Source: Lingula anatina
Lineage: Eukaryota; Animalia; Brachiopoda
Reading direction: 5' to 3'
DNA: 64,000 bases
Assembly: GCA_051362555.1 (NCBI GenBank)
Contig: CM120647.1
Location: forward strand, 4,278,001-4,342,000
Shown: positions 20,831-41,822 of the stretch, piece after piece
How positions within the stretch are numbered: position 1 is the stretch's first letter
Layout: each line of letters opens with the position of its first letter
Notes under the pieces: model-generated
Database searches by the model: none
Seen by the model: only the letters and a program-made list of their open reading frames with translations
Told to the model about the DNA's origin: nothing
Made by a program: the position numbers and the translations under genes

Positions 20831-22278
20831 GCATGTACCTAACCTCCCGTTATGTTGATGCCAATGTACTTATTCTATATTATGTGTTATTTTATTTACT
20901 CGAGAGTTTATTATAGAGGAAGGCACGCTTTCTGGGATGACTGTTTTTTTCTCTTCACTCGATTCAAAAACCATTCTACAGATATTGAGCAGACGATTTC
21001 TAGTTTCAAATAGACTTTGTTTCAATTGTCATAACGGTACATACATGTACATTTAATATAATAATCTGTCGATGCCCCACATGAAGTTTTCAAATATTTG
21101 AACGTGTTTTCACAAAACAGGATAAGAAATATTACAGGTATATCTCATTTTTTGGTGAAGGCTTTTTTCTTATGCAATTGCGGCTTAAATAATCATGGAG
21201 TTAATTATCTTGCGCACAGAAAAAATTGCAAAACAAAATTTTGACCAAAGAGAAATTAACTGTATAAACATGAAAATAATGTGCTGAGGTGAAAAAAAAA
21301 ATGAAAAAAAAAAAAAAAAATACGCCCAGTAATGGCCAAAGTAATCAAATGTACTGAATATCAATTATTGGAATATTGATCGCAATTCACTTTTGATTGT
21401 CACCAGAAACTTCACAAAATGTACTAAAACAAGTATTGTCACTCCAGCAGGGATAATTAGATAAGTTGCTTTCAATAACAAATAGCGAACGCCTAGGGTA
21501 TAAAATGTCACTCATTTATTATTAAACAACATAAAAAAGTTTTAAGTTTATAAATATTTCAAATAAAAGAAAAACGTTGTTGTGGCTCTTGCACCAAAGT
21601 CTTCATCATTTCTCTAATCTATTCAGACTAAATCGTGTTAAAAACTTAAATTTCAACATGATATGCTTTTTGCACAATTTTGAATTATAAAAGAACCTCA
21701 AAATGAAAGATAAGAATTATACAATACTCTGACGTTGAGGTCAGTCGGTAACATTGGCGACGTCGACAATTAAATAATAGATGAAAAAAACAACAAATAA
21801 CCAGACAAACAAATAAATAAATAAAGTGTGCTACTAATTAAATAATTGTCTTTCCAATACATTAACTATGTGTACAGACTTGAACACAGCGTCAAGCTAC
21901 AAGAACGTGATATTGCAAAGCGAAATCCGCCATTGTCATAACAAATTTACAAACACAATTCGATACAAAAGTCTGAGACACCTTTGCTTGCCCAAATACA
22001 GAATTTAAATGCGAAGCAAATCGTCCTGTTGTTGTTTTGCAAAGCAATACACTTAACTCTGCCAAGATGTCTATTCATTCACCCTGTATCTTCATTACGT
22101 ATTGCCTTGTCTAAATGTGAATTGAATGAGCAACAACTGACATGCTCATTAGTTCCTCAAATTAACGCACCTGTGATATCTAACAAACGTATACGTGATC
22201 CAAATTTAGTATAAGTATTTGGCATAAACTGGAGACTTCTCACACACAGTTTTTCTCACAAATTATGCCAAAGAAAAG

Positions 22279-22442
22279 CAGGCCCGTAGCCAGCAATTTC
22301 AGAAGGAGGGTTCGTTTTCTGAAAAAAGAGACCTTTTACCATAAAATCCTCAAGTATATAGATCAAATTTTACCCAGAGTGGACCTTTTCCAAACAAAAG
22401 GGTGGTTCTTTCGAACCCCCGACCCCCCTGGCTACGGGCCTG
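22279..22442. mobile_element. hAT-like MITE (~164 bp)
   Basis: Perfect 15-bp TIRs CAGGCCCGTAGCCAG...CTGGCTACGGGCCTG; no clean 8-bp TSD. Confidence 0.7.
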
Positions 22443-23156
22443 CAAAGGTAAGTTAAACGTCAAGTCAACGAGCGACGTACACAGGTTAAACTTTGGCAAG
22501 GGTGGCGCTGACATATAAGTACATTTGTTGACCTTATTGCATGCTTGAGCCTTTATTATCATACTCTCTTGATCCGACAAATAATTGCATTAGCTGCGTT
22601 ATGTACTGAAACAAAGTGACAATAATAGTTCTTCAAACAACTCAATTTAAGGAGGTAGAACAAAAATTTGACCTATGTACATGTACTCCTACCCGATTTT
22701 GATATTTCTGTCTCACAATGGACACATTGGGGGCGTTCACTTTCTACTTTTTACAAGTAGATTTTTCCAAACAGTTTTACCACTGCAATTTGGCACTTTT
22801 ATCCAATTATCCAATTGGCACCTATAACCAAGAGTCGCACTGGTATGCTGCCCCTTTTAGTAAATAACAATTTGAGAACTTAAAATATTTCTGATGAAAA
22901 AAAAATCCATTGGCAAGTTTCTAGCATTCCACCTTGTCAAGGAAGCACTTAATCACAGCGGGTGGTACTTCGAGGATAATTCTGAATAATTCATGGTCGG
23001 CCATTAACTCCAATGAGACGTCGTCAGTTCTACCCAAGCCTGGTGCAATGTGCACTACTGTGACCACATTGAGCAGAAAAAAATGTCTGTATGGACAATC
23101 CTGACAGAAACAATTTAATTAACATTTAATCTCCCAACGAAATTACAGCAAATGAT

Positions 23157-30599
<7,443 letters not shown>

Positions 30600-30854
30600 C
30601 TCTTAATTTGGTATATTCCGTTGTAAGTCCGTGTTTTTGAAGTTAAAACCTGAAAGAAAAATGAGAAATTCTTGTAACATGAATTTCGACTCACTTGTAT
30701 TTATTTGGAAAATATTCAGAATTAACATAGAATTCAGAAGAAACAATAAAATGCCACTGAACGAAAGTAACCAAACCAAATAAAGCCAAATGCACCCAAT
30801 AATCATAAAGTGGAACCAAGACTAAAAGCTGCAACAACTTTCAAATTTCCTATT

Positions 30855-30937
30855 GCCTTAAGTTTCATATTTTCTAGTGCCTCAAGTTTCATGTTTTCTA
30901 GTGCCTTAAGTTTCATATTTTCTAGTGCCTTAAGTTT
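30855..30937. repeat. Minisatellite (~25-bp unit), ~3.4 copies
   Basis: Near-identical units beginning gccttaagtttcata and ending ttctagt. Confidence 0.85.
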
Positions 30938-33900
30938 ATCTTTAGTCCACACCTAGCAGACTTCAAGTGATAATCATTGCCACTGAAATTCAGCAATATA
31001 GTGATCAAAACCAATATCCTTTATCAATCACTATGGGTTTCAATTATATGACAATTCTGTAGCCGTATAGTCTGTAGAAATAGTCATTATGTCATAAGAC
31101 CTGCTGCGCCTATCCTGGCATTCATACACAGTAGAATGCTTTTATATACTATATATTGTTTTTACACTTATGTCTATTTCGTACACCTGTATTTGAACTA
31201 CTTCCAGTTTGTTCACACGGTTGACACACACGTGGTAAAAATCAGAACAAAAACAAATTTATTATCAGTAATAATCCTAATACATATAGTTGAGCACGTA
31301 TTGATCAAAACATTTAAAATGAAATGAAAATAAGGAACAAACAAAACAAAGAAACTGGTAAATAAATCATTTTATTGTACCTAGAATAAATAGTATTTTT
31401 CTCTAATCTTCAGAAGATACACAAATGAACATTATAACAATATCTCAACAGTAAAGTCAAATAAAAAACAACATATTTCAAATCTCTTATTAAAACAATA
31501 AGGTTATTGTCGTATGACTAATCAGGAAACTCAAAAGCATTTTGGAAAAACGTGCACAAAACAATGTAACCTGACATCTTCACACTACTCCAATCAAAAT
31601 GAATTAATGAATGAAAAGGAATTTCTCCTTCTTAAAGCAATTTTTATGCACAAGTAACAATAAACTTCCTTCACGACTAAATTAGGTTTCAAGCTTGACT
31701 TTTTTAAATAAAATAACGCCACTACTTAGTAACAGTCAATGAATTATGCGATTTTGAAAGCGAAATAAATGAATGGCAAAAAAACAAACGACTTCAAAAT
31801 TAAAGTATCAACTTTCAAAGTCTACAAAATCAAATTTACCTGCAATTTGATGTTCTCACCTTGGTGGAAACCAGAGCACAGAGCGTCTGGTAAAAACTCT
31901 GAACCCACAACAGCTGTTGGTACAGTATATAACGACAGCCCACGGTTCCTGATTTACTAAATATCGCCGTAATAAAGAACACCGTACTTTGTCTCTTCTC
32001 GCGTAATTGAGCCGTACATTTACACTATTTATGTCTCGTTAGAGTTCCTCAAGCATTCATCGCCTGCCCCTACCGCTGAGAGCCGAGAAAGATCAGCTAA
32101 CCGCAGGTCCGACATGAATGATTCATATTAATATGATGTAGTGTATAAAAGGTAATCCCAGTGTATGAAATATATGATGACACCCTTTATGCAACTTTAA
32201 CATGCGATTCATTCAAAAGAGAGATTGCTAGTAAATTAAGAAGAAACTGGTGATTACTTTTGATTTTCCTCAACTTCAAATTACAGTGTATTTATCAATG
32301 AAACATTCTCGAATAAAGCTTAACATACGCAAGTGACTAGACAAAAGACTCGTTGTTTTAAACAAATTACATGTAAAAGTGTTTCACAATTAAGACAATG
32401 ACTGCCTTTGATTGTCACGCATATTTGTCTCGTGCTCTGCCTAATTGGCGTGTAGCTGTTTTTTAGGTGTATCCGACAAATCATTGGATTCCCTTGCTTC
32501 ATTATCATTTTTTTTTCTGTTTTACTATTTCACGCTCTGCAGTTGAAATGTCGGGATTAGCGATTGTAAAATTGCATTTTTTTCAACTAAAATTTATGAA
32601 ATTAGGCATCTTGCTAAAACATGGAACATTTTATGTCACTCACACGGAATCAATAAACCATTTTATACATCAAATAATTATAAACTACTTGTCTTATTCA
32701 AATTTCAGAAACCACGGATATCACAAAATTCATAATAGACACAAACGTTTTTTTTTCATATATCTGTATCAATCGTCTGAGACCTGCAGTATATGGTCAA
32801 GAGAGAGCACAGTTGTTCGCGCGAAGTCCCAAAGACGAGCGTTCTAAATTGCCGCCACGTGTAGAAAGTAGCAAAAAGCTGCGATGAAAACACTTGAAAA
32901 CGACAGCTTTCACAGCCGCAATGGCCCGGTAGCATTTACAACCAAAGCTGCGCGTCGCATATGATCAGAATCATAAACGCTAACGAATGGGTTAACGGAA
33001 TGCTCGCTCCGGGGCCGCGTATGATTTTACAAGTGGCCGGGGTTTGAATAACGCGATGCGCGTGTCTTATGAAATGCGTTTCAACCTAAGGCGTTTATCG
33101 TTATAACATGTCCGGTGGATAAGAATAATGACGTCCTTTTCACGCCCCTGGAAAAACTTTGAAATATAAATACTATCCACGCAGGCTCGTGTTCCGTTTT
33201 GAAGTCTGTTTTTTCGAAGAAAAAAAGGGTATTATTTTGAAAGAAATACATAAAGAATAACTGAAAATGGAATATAAAAAGTAGAAAAAATAGCCACAAC
33301 ACGTGTTTCTTCCGTTCGGTTCAAATTAAATTGCAGTTTCTTCCATCGTAATTTTGAATAAAAACCACATATGTGATACAGGTTTATTGATAATGACAGC
33401 CTTATGCAGGGATATCAAAGGCATTAAAATACACAAAAGAAAAAAAAAGCCGCTTTTTTCGTTCTCGAAGTCCAAACTTTTTCTTAAATTTTTTATGCCC
33501 TTTTTAGATATTGTAGGGTTTATAATTATGAATTATGCAGAAATATACAATTAAAAAATTCAGCTACTATTGTCTCTATGTGACAGACTTAGTTTTTAAC
33601 TTATATTTTATCTAGAACACAGACTTAGTGTTTATTGATTCTTTTTTTCTTATGTCTCTCTGCCCTCTTCCATTGGCTTTCTTTTTATTCATTCCACAAC
33701 CGAGATGTTTTCCTTAAATTTTCCCCATCTTTTTACAAACTAAAAGCTTAAGACATGCAATTGCAACAAACCAAAATTCACCTTCCTATAGTTTCTATCT
33801 CTCTCCGTTTAAATTGTGCGTCAAGAAAAAAAATAAACACAGCTTACTTTGGTTAGCAGTTATTTATGACTTATCTAACCGTTTCAAAAGGCTCCCACCT

Positions 33901-36612
33901 TCGAGCAAGATTTAATGTCGTTACTGTGTCCGAAATACCGTGGTGGGTATGTCGCTCTCCATCAGTGTCGTGAGCAAGCAGACATGATTTACGGCAGCGG
34001 AGCTCTCGTATAAATGGAGTCTCCAGCTGGGCCGGTGTGCTTCGCGTTTTCACTTTATACCCGTAGTAAGACTTGGGAGTGAATTAAGTTGTTTAACGTG
34101 GATAATCGGGGTATTTTGCTTAAATTTTATAATTTGTATTTTTAGGTTAAAGACGTTAGTGTTTAACGGATAATGTCGTGACAAAAGTAAATAAATAAAT
34201 AGATAAATAAAAAAAAAAATGCCCCGAGCATGGCTTGACATGCCTACTAAATGTACAATGTACTTACAACACATGTAAAACCGAAGAGTAACTGATATGC
34301 GTGTTCAACAGTACGCAATAGATAAATGCTCTCAAGGTTTTTCTCTACAGTTGACTTAATAAAAGAAAACGATTGAATGACATCTTAAGATTTTCACATC
34401 GAGTAAAAATGGAATTTTAAGCAAAGCCGTACTATGAAAAATCGTTTTCACCTTAACAAGATGCAATATACCTGCAGTAGTAAGATAAAATACAAGAACT
34501 ATTTAGATATCTCATTAAATACATGCAACAAGAACGCTATACTATTGTAAGCCAGTAGATATCTTTTACTATATAAACTGATAAAAGTGTGTACACGCTT
34601 ACCAAAAAATATTAACTGTGGTTTTTCTATACACTAACAGTGTTTATGACTTGGTATGCATTTTCTCGCTTTTTTTCAATAAACGCTAATAAAAACAATA
34701 CCGCAGTAAAGCGAACAGACACATGTTAACAATAACGTGGTGTGAAAAATCATCTCTCAATAACAGGGCTTTTTTCCCCGTTTTACCCTTTCCATCAGAT
34801 AACCCTGTTAAAAACACGTGTTTGAAAAGTGATATGTCGATTCGCAGTACTGATAAGAATTTGAATTCCACTTGCTACCGCTTTCTATTTGACAATGTTT
34901 CGTGTGGTCCGCCCCTACACAGCCGTGTTGAGATACAAGTAGAGTACATATTTAGAGTACATAAGTAGAGTAAAGTTCATATTGGACCTTTTGACTGTCA
35001 ATCCCCTTAAACTTACAGAAATTAAATAAACTTTACTGATAATACATACATTATACAGGTTCTTGTCCGATATTTTGAATTGATGAATGAGGAGAAATAT
35101 ATTGTGCTTAAAGGAAATATATCGATAAAACGACCGAAAAAACATATTTATTAACACTGCAATGATCCTATCCCTTCGATTGAAGTTTTATTCCAGTTTC
35201 TAACTTCTCAGTCAACTCCAGATTATCCACATTTACCCTAGTAAAGGCACGCATTAAATTTCCTCATGCTCTTTTTTTTCTTTTTTGAAATTTGTTCTCA
35301 GGAATACAAGTTAATGATAATAAAAATTAACGACGGGCCCCCACATTCATCTTTTCTTTCTCATACTCACTAGGCTACAAGAAACAGCATAATTCTTTAT
35401 CAACAATAAAGCAAAAAATCCTAATTTTTTTCAGACCTTAAATGGATTGAAATACTACCAAACCAAATTATCCTCAGAATGCAAATTCGGCACAGACGAG
35501 ATGTCTCTAGCACGCACGGCGCATGCGTAATTAATCCCAACGATGAAAGCTACGGCATTCTAATGTTGAAATCTTTATGTATTTTCTCCATTGTTATATT
35601 CCTCTGTTCTTTTAATGGTCGTTACAAATGAAATAAGGCAATTAAAGTTCAAGTACCGCAGGTGCATGTGGAACCTTGTTCTGACTGCTTGTAAAACCAG
35701 AGAAAACACCGTTTTAATTCCAAGTCACAATTAATCACCGCATATACTTAAAAGAACGTTTAAAGGGGATTCTTAAGAAGGCTGTGTTGAAATGTCAAAG
35801 GCTCTGCCCCTGCGTCAGCCCACTTCATTTTCTTTAAATGGCATTCTGTCAAACGGGAGACTATATTAAACCCGCTAATGGCAAAACACCTGGGGACGAT
35901 TATTTTGCGCATGCGTATTAAGATGGAAAGGCAGCACGGAGCGTGTGTAACTATGGCAACTTTTCTCTCTCCGTTTGTCTTTTTTTTTCCTTTTTATAAT
36001 TGATCTATCGAGAGCACAGCTTTATCCAGACTGAGGGATACTTAAGGCGTCTCAAAGATGAAAATTAGCCCATACCCGATGGCAGATATCCAGATATTTA
36101 AGAAGAGGGAGGCAATAATATTTTAACCCCCCCCCCCCCAAAAAAAAAAAAAAAAAAAAAAAAAAAAGGAATTGGTGTAATGCAGCACTGCGTACTCGGT
36201 ATTAGAAAAATGTTTTGTGAGCTTCAAGCGCAGTGTTATTTTTCTCTTCTCTGAGCACCAACAGCTAAAAATAGCTTCTATTAACTAGTAAAATTAATAT
36301 AAACCTAAGTAGTGGCATTTTGTGGTTTTTTACATGCTATGTTCAGATCTTTTCTGTGTGTTAATCGTTTGATTTTAAACGCAGTTTTTTACATAGGCTA
36401 CATCATGGGAATTGCAATGTACCTACTGGCACCGGTTGATTATTGGTATTTGAAGTCATAATTTTATTCATTTATTAAAATATTAATTTATATCAGATTT
36501 ATCAATGATAAAACGGGGTTGAAACATTGTGCATCAGCAAACATCGCTAAAAGAGAAATATATAGCCCTACAGTGGGTCTATCAATGGAATACTGTAACC
36601 ACCCCAAGCACC

Positions 36613-36900
36613 CCCGCACGAAAATGCAGTAGTAGGCTATCGAAGTAGCAAAAAAGCATTAACGCAGTAGTGGTGTGGAGCATATTTGCAGTAGAAATGC
36701 AGCATAGCCTACTGCAATTCTACTCCAAAAAGTACATAGGTTTGTACAAAAAGGAGCATTAATGCAGTAGATTAACAGCATGATAGAAGCATTTTTCAAA
36801 TATGCTAATTAGCTCCCAAATCGAAGCAGATTTGAAGCATGTTTGCATTATGATTGCAGTAGTCTACTGCGCTGGAGTATCTACTGCGTTTTCTTGCGGG
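36613..36900. mobile_element. CMC/EnSpm-like non-autonomous element (~290 bp)
   Basis: TIRs CCCGCACGAAAATGCAGTAG and CTACTGCGTTTTCTTGCGGG (18/20), CC flanks as a possible 2-bp TSD, and internal GCAGTAG/AGCAT subterminal repeats. Confidence 0.65.
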
Positions 36901-37234
36901 CCAGCTGGTCACCTAGTACTCGTGATTCATTGTAATTCTTCAGCAATACCCCCAGCCTTGCTCATAGAGTGATGACACGAGATAGGCAACAGGTTCAAAT
37001 TTAAATTCCCGAGAATTCCCATTTCACGCACGCATGATTCACCGTTGACTTTCCGGTGGTCCCGCTTTGAAGTTGAAATGGGTGCATACTGGCGAGAGAT
37101 GTTACGCGTAATGGCATAATGGGCGCATTAGGAAGATCAAACGGCGTAACGCAGAGCGCGATAAGTTGGTAGATGAGAAAAGACATGGAATGGGAATGGA
37201 CATAATTAACTGCTGTTTAAGTACATAGAAATTA

Positions 37235-37281
<47 letters not shown>

Positions 37282-40200
37282 TATGTGTGTGAACAAGAAA
37301 CGTGGGACGCGGTTTAAGGAGTGAGAAGTAGGCCTACGTGTATAACCTTCGTATATAAACAGGAACATTCTTGTATTGTTACGTGCATATATGTGACATT
37401 CTTGCAACGTTGTTGGACAATTTAAGGTCCGAATGCTGTAATCAACGACGCATGCAGTCCAATAGAAAAATATTTCGAAATATACCATTTAACCAACAAA
37501 TAACATGAAATAACCAAATGAATAAAACACAATGATAAAAGACACCATCTGCAGGCAGATTCTTGATGTGTTACTCCAAAAAGCACGTGTACATATTAAG
37601 AGAAGAACATATTAGTTTTGGTAATTGTACAGAGAATAATGGTAGAAAGAAACCCACATTTTAGCTTATTTACATAATTAAATAATTGAAAAAGGTTAAT
37701 AAAGTAGGAATTCATAGATGATAAATTATCAAGATCAACTAATCATAGAGACAGATTGATAAATCAAAATGCAAGCATCATATTCATATTATTATAAGCA
37801 TTCATCGTAATACGCAGTTCTATGCACTTTTTTATTCATATTGTTATAATGTTTTTTCGTAATACGCAAATCTATGTACGTTTTTATGTCCTTACATGCA
37901 TGTGACGCTTTTCAATCCTCAAGGGGAAGTAGCAAAACATATTTTTTATTTTGTGCACAATCAAGGCGGCTCCTATACTACCTGTTTTTTTTTTTTTTTT
38001 CTCTTTCTTTTTTTCTTGCTTAACAGAGCAGCTTTACTGAACATCAAATACAAGCGAAGTCTAAATTTTACGTCTGCAGTGGTTAAAACAAAGACAGTTA
38101 GTCATGTGTCTTAATGCCAACCAAATATGTAGGTGTCTCTACTATGAGCTATATTTTTTTTGTGAGAGTGATTTTTTTCACACCATATTGTCAAGGTCAG
38201 TCGTCGTACTCACACTATACTGTATCATTATTTATCTAATCGTGTTTGCTCTTCATTGTTATAACTTATACCCTTAAACTTATGTTTATGTAAGTACAAT
38301 ATCTGGTGACTTGTTCGCCCATGAGGCCAGTTGATTTATAAACTTATATTTACTCGCATGTCACAGTAATAAAGAAATACTACTTGATTTTTTACTCGAA
38401 TGCATTACGTTCTACCGTGTATTTAATTATGCTTTCTTTTTCTGTAGTTTTATCTTAGTTTTTTTTCCAGTGCAAAGAACACCTTGTTCCTCTTAAGCAG
38501 AATTCACGTAAGACACAGATAGACGAAGAGAAGCAAACGACCCGGATAGGGAAGAATAATATTTTATAAATTCTTTCAATCCAATAACTAGAAATTTTCA
38601 AATTTTGCTGAAATGGGGTTAGTACTGTTTATACATGTTTTGTAATGATGATAAAAATAAATCGGTTCTAACGGGCATCAACGTGCTTACATCAATGTAC
38701 CAGTTATGTGATGAAGGGTAAACTCCTCATGCCATCAAGGTAAAAACACGCTTAATCGCTTTAGAAACGTTCAAGATTTTTTCTATCAATTAAAAACTTG
38801 TGCACATGTATATAACAACTGATCAAATGCGGCGATAAAAATTTCTTAATTTTTTTCGACCAAATAAGAACATTTTACCAAGAGGCGAATATCACATTGT
38901 AACTGTACTTGAATGAGTTTAGAAAAATTGAACAGTGAAATAGCGCGCCTACCTTGTAAGAAAATCGTCAGAGAATGCCGTCATACTGTATTTGAACCTG
39001 TTGCGAAGTCGATGCCGAATAATCGGGGGACGCACAGTTACGCTATCCACCCCGATAAGCTTTTTCTTCTAAAAAAAACGAAGCTGAGTCTCTGTACTCG
39101 GTAGTCAATGGACGACAGTGTCTTGTCGTACCCTATGGTTTGTCATTCAAAATCAGGCTCCTTTATCCAGAGTTTGATTGCTTGGGGAAAAATTCAGAAT
39201 GCAGAAATTTACCTGATAGCAAATTTGTTCTCAATGGAGGGCAAGTGTCCGTTGTTATGTTGTACAATGCCCCAGTGAAATGAATTAAGCGGCAATGAAG
39301 CTTAATGTCCATCGATTGGAAAATTAACTCCAAAAGAAAAAAAATGTAACCTCAAAGCGTTCCCACAGACCAGGCAGTCATCAAAATCAAAATTTCTCCC
39401 ACTCTTGAAATACAATAATCTTCACCAATATTCTGAACCCAACATGGCGTTCAGTAGTTCAGGAGAGAATGGGACAGAGGGAAAAAAATCGGCAGACGAC
39501 ACAACAGTGAACAGGGTGAACTGTGAGCTCGCGCCGAGGTAAATAAAAGGGGTAGTCAAGAAATGTCACAGCGACGGGAACTTCGTCATGAATCAAGACG
39601 CCATAAAGATGGGCCGTGGCCGCGAGCTCTTGTCTAATACGATAGTACACACTACTGTGAGAGCGACGGAGCCTCTCGAGCAGACGACATCTTTGGGCGC
39701 AGACGATCAAAGAACTGTGGCATTGCTAGTGTTACATTTCAAGGAATTTTGTCGAATGTGTCTTTGAGACTTCTGTGTTCGATGTCATCTGTAATAATGT
39801 GATAATTTCTCTAACTTAGGACTGGCCTTTACCAAATTATTTCATGAATGTCTCTCAGTGCATGAAATGGTACTTGTATAACTTGGTATTTTAAGATCAT
39901 CAACATTAACAAAAGACAAATGTTACGGTTTCTGTTCCTGCCTCTACTATCATTTGTCCTGTTTTTCTATTTTAGGGAATTAAGCTTTTCCCACGAACAC
40001 CGCTCTCGGTTGATGAATTAAAGCCGTCTTATCTTGGTACAAATGACCCTGTTTTAACAACCTTAACAACAGAACTTTTCGACCATATCAATTTGGCAGT
40101 GTAATTCAAGTCGTTTTGCTACGATTTATCTAACTTTTTATTTATTTATTTTTTCATCATCATCAAATAAAAGTTTGTATTTTTAGACCTTTAAAGGTTT

Positions 40201-41554
40201 CCATGTGTGTGGAGTGAATGGGTTATTTGGATGATGGGTTATAAGTTTTCGTTTTTCCAAAATTTATAAGGCGGGACTTTATAACAAATAATATTTGCCC
40301 TGCGAAAGTCAAGTAGAAAACATTTATAGACCTTAACTTTAAGTTAGAAAAAATCAGTAGGCAAGACTTCATAAATGATATGCATTGCATAGCGAGACCC
40401 GTCGAAAATATCCGGACATTGCCGAGGTTCGTGTAAGAGGCTTCGTTAACACGGTAGCGCCTAATATTCATCACATTCGTTATCTAATTTATCCCTTTAT
40501 GATCTACTCAAAGAGGCGCCGCGTAAATATGCCACTTACGGGCCCCTCAAGAGTATCTTGGAGAACGCAAGAGCTGACGTTAAATCGGGAGTTTATCGTT
40601 CCTCCGTCAACTTACCTTATCTCTGAAGCTAATATTTGGAAGTCGTTAAGTTATAAAGCCGCCATTTGAGCTGTTTTGGACAAACTTTAACAACGCGTTT
40701 CTCCGTTAGCTCGATATAGCTTGAGTGGGGCTAGTTTTAACCGTTGTAAAGGTGTTTGAGACTATTTGTTTTTTTGAATGGTCGACCGTGGGAATCGTAT
40801 GCCGTGAGTCGTGTATCGTCTGCCTCACTGCGTTTAACAACGGAAAACCTAACATTTCAATAAATTGACATTGTTATTAAAATATTTTGCTTAAGTGCTG
40901 TGTAAATATATATTTATAAATCTTACACTGTTACCAAGGATGTGTTAAGTCATGATGACTTCTGAAATTTTTGAACGCTTATTCTTTTCAAGCAACACGC
41001 TGTTAAATGGAGTAACAAAGTTAATGTATTGAAGCGGAAGTGCAATAAATAACTGTTCATTCTACACCAGTACACGACAAACACTGGAAAAGGAAACGCA
41101 TAGAAAAAAAGGCGTTTCACCAAAGAAAAAATAATAAATTTAGTTTAATAAACATTACCTGTTAAGTAAAAATAGACCTCTCTTTCCAAAGAGAGAGACA
41201 TCATATTCTGTTTACATCATTGTATAAAGCACACAGTCATTCGGACCTATGCATTATCATCGTTATCTATCTATAACTTCACCAATCGCTATCAAACGGA
41301 ATTTATCTTGAACAGAACTGTTTTAGATAAAATGATTTAGCTGTGAAATGTATACCGGTTTAGGTTTTGAATTATTGGGGATAATTGTACTAACTACAGT
41401 AATAACAGCGGCAGGACATCTAGCCTTCTGCAACTAACTTTACAACCAATAGCGCATTGAAAAAAAAAAAAAAAAAAAAAACAAGCAAGGTACGGTTTTA
41501 ATCGAGAAATCGAGGACACTCTTTAAACCGACAAAACGGGTGGATCAACCAATA

Positions 41555-41822
41555 CAGTGGCGGATTTAGGGGGATGGGGGGATTGGGGTCCTGACTCCCC
41601 CCTTCGATTTCTGAAACAAAAAATCACACCAATGGTCCCCTGTTAAAATTAGAATTTTAACTAGCTGAATCATAGTTCTAAACCGTACCAAAATTGCACC
41701 GTTCGCCCTCGAAAATACCAAATAGGCCTATTTTCGGGGACTTTCAACCCACGCCAAGGGGGGGGGGGGGGGTCGGCTTTGCATTCAAAGACCCCCTTCA
41801 AATAATCCTGGATCCGCCCCTG
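41555..41822. mobile_element. hAT-like MITE (~270 bp)
   Basis: Imperfect TIRs CAGTGGCGGATTTAGG...CCTGGATCCGCCCCTG; caata flanks both ends. Confidence 0.65.

Noticed and set aside
39444-39538. ATG-initiated 32-codon stretch ending at AG|GTAAAT (possible first exon)
   Set aside because: No downstream partner exons or homology were found.
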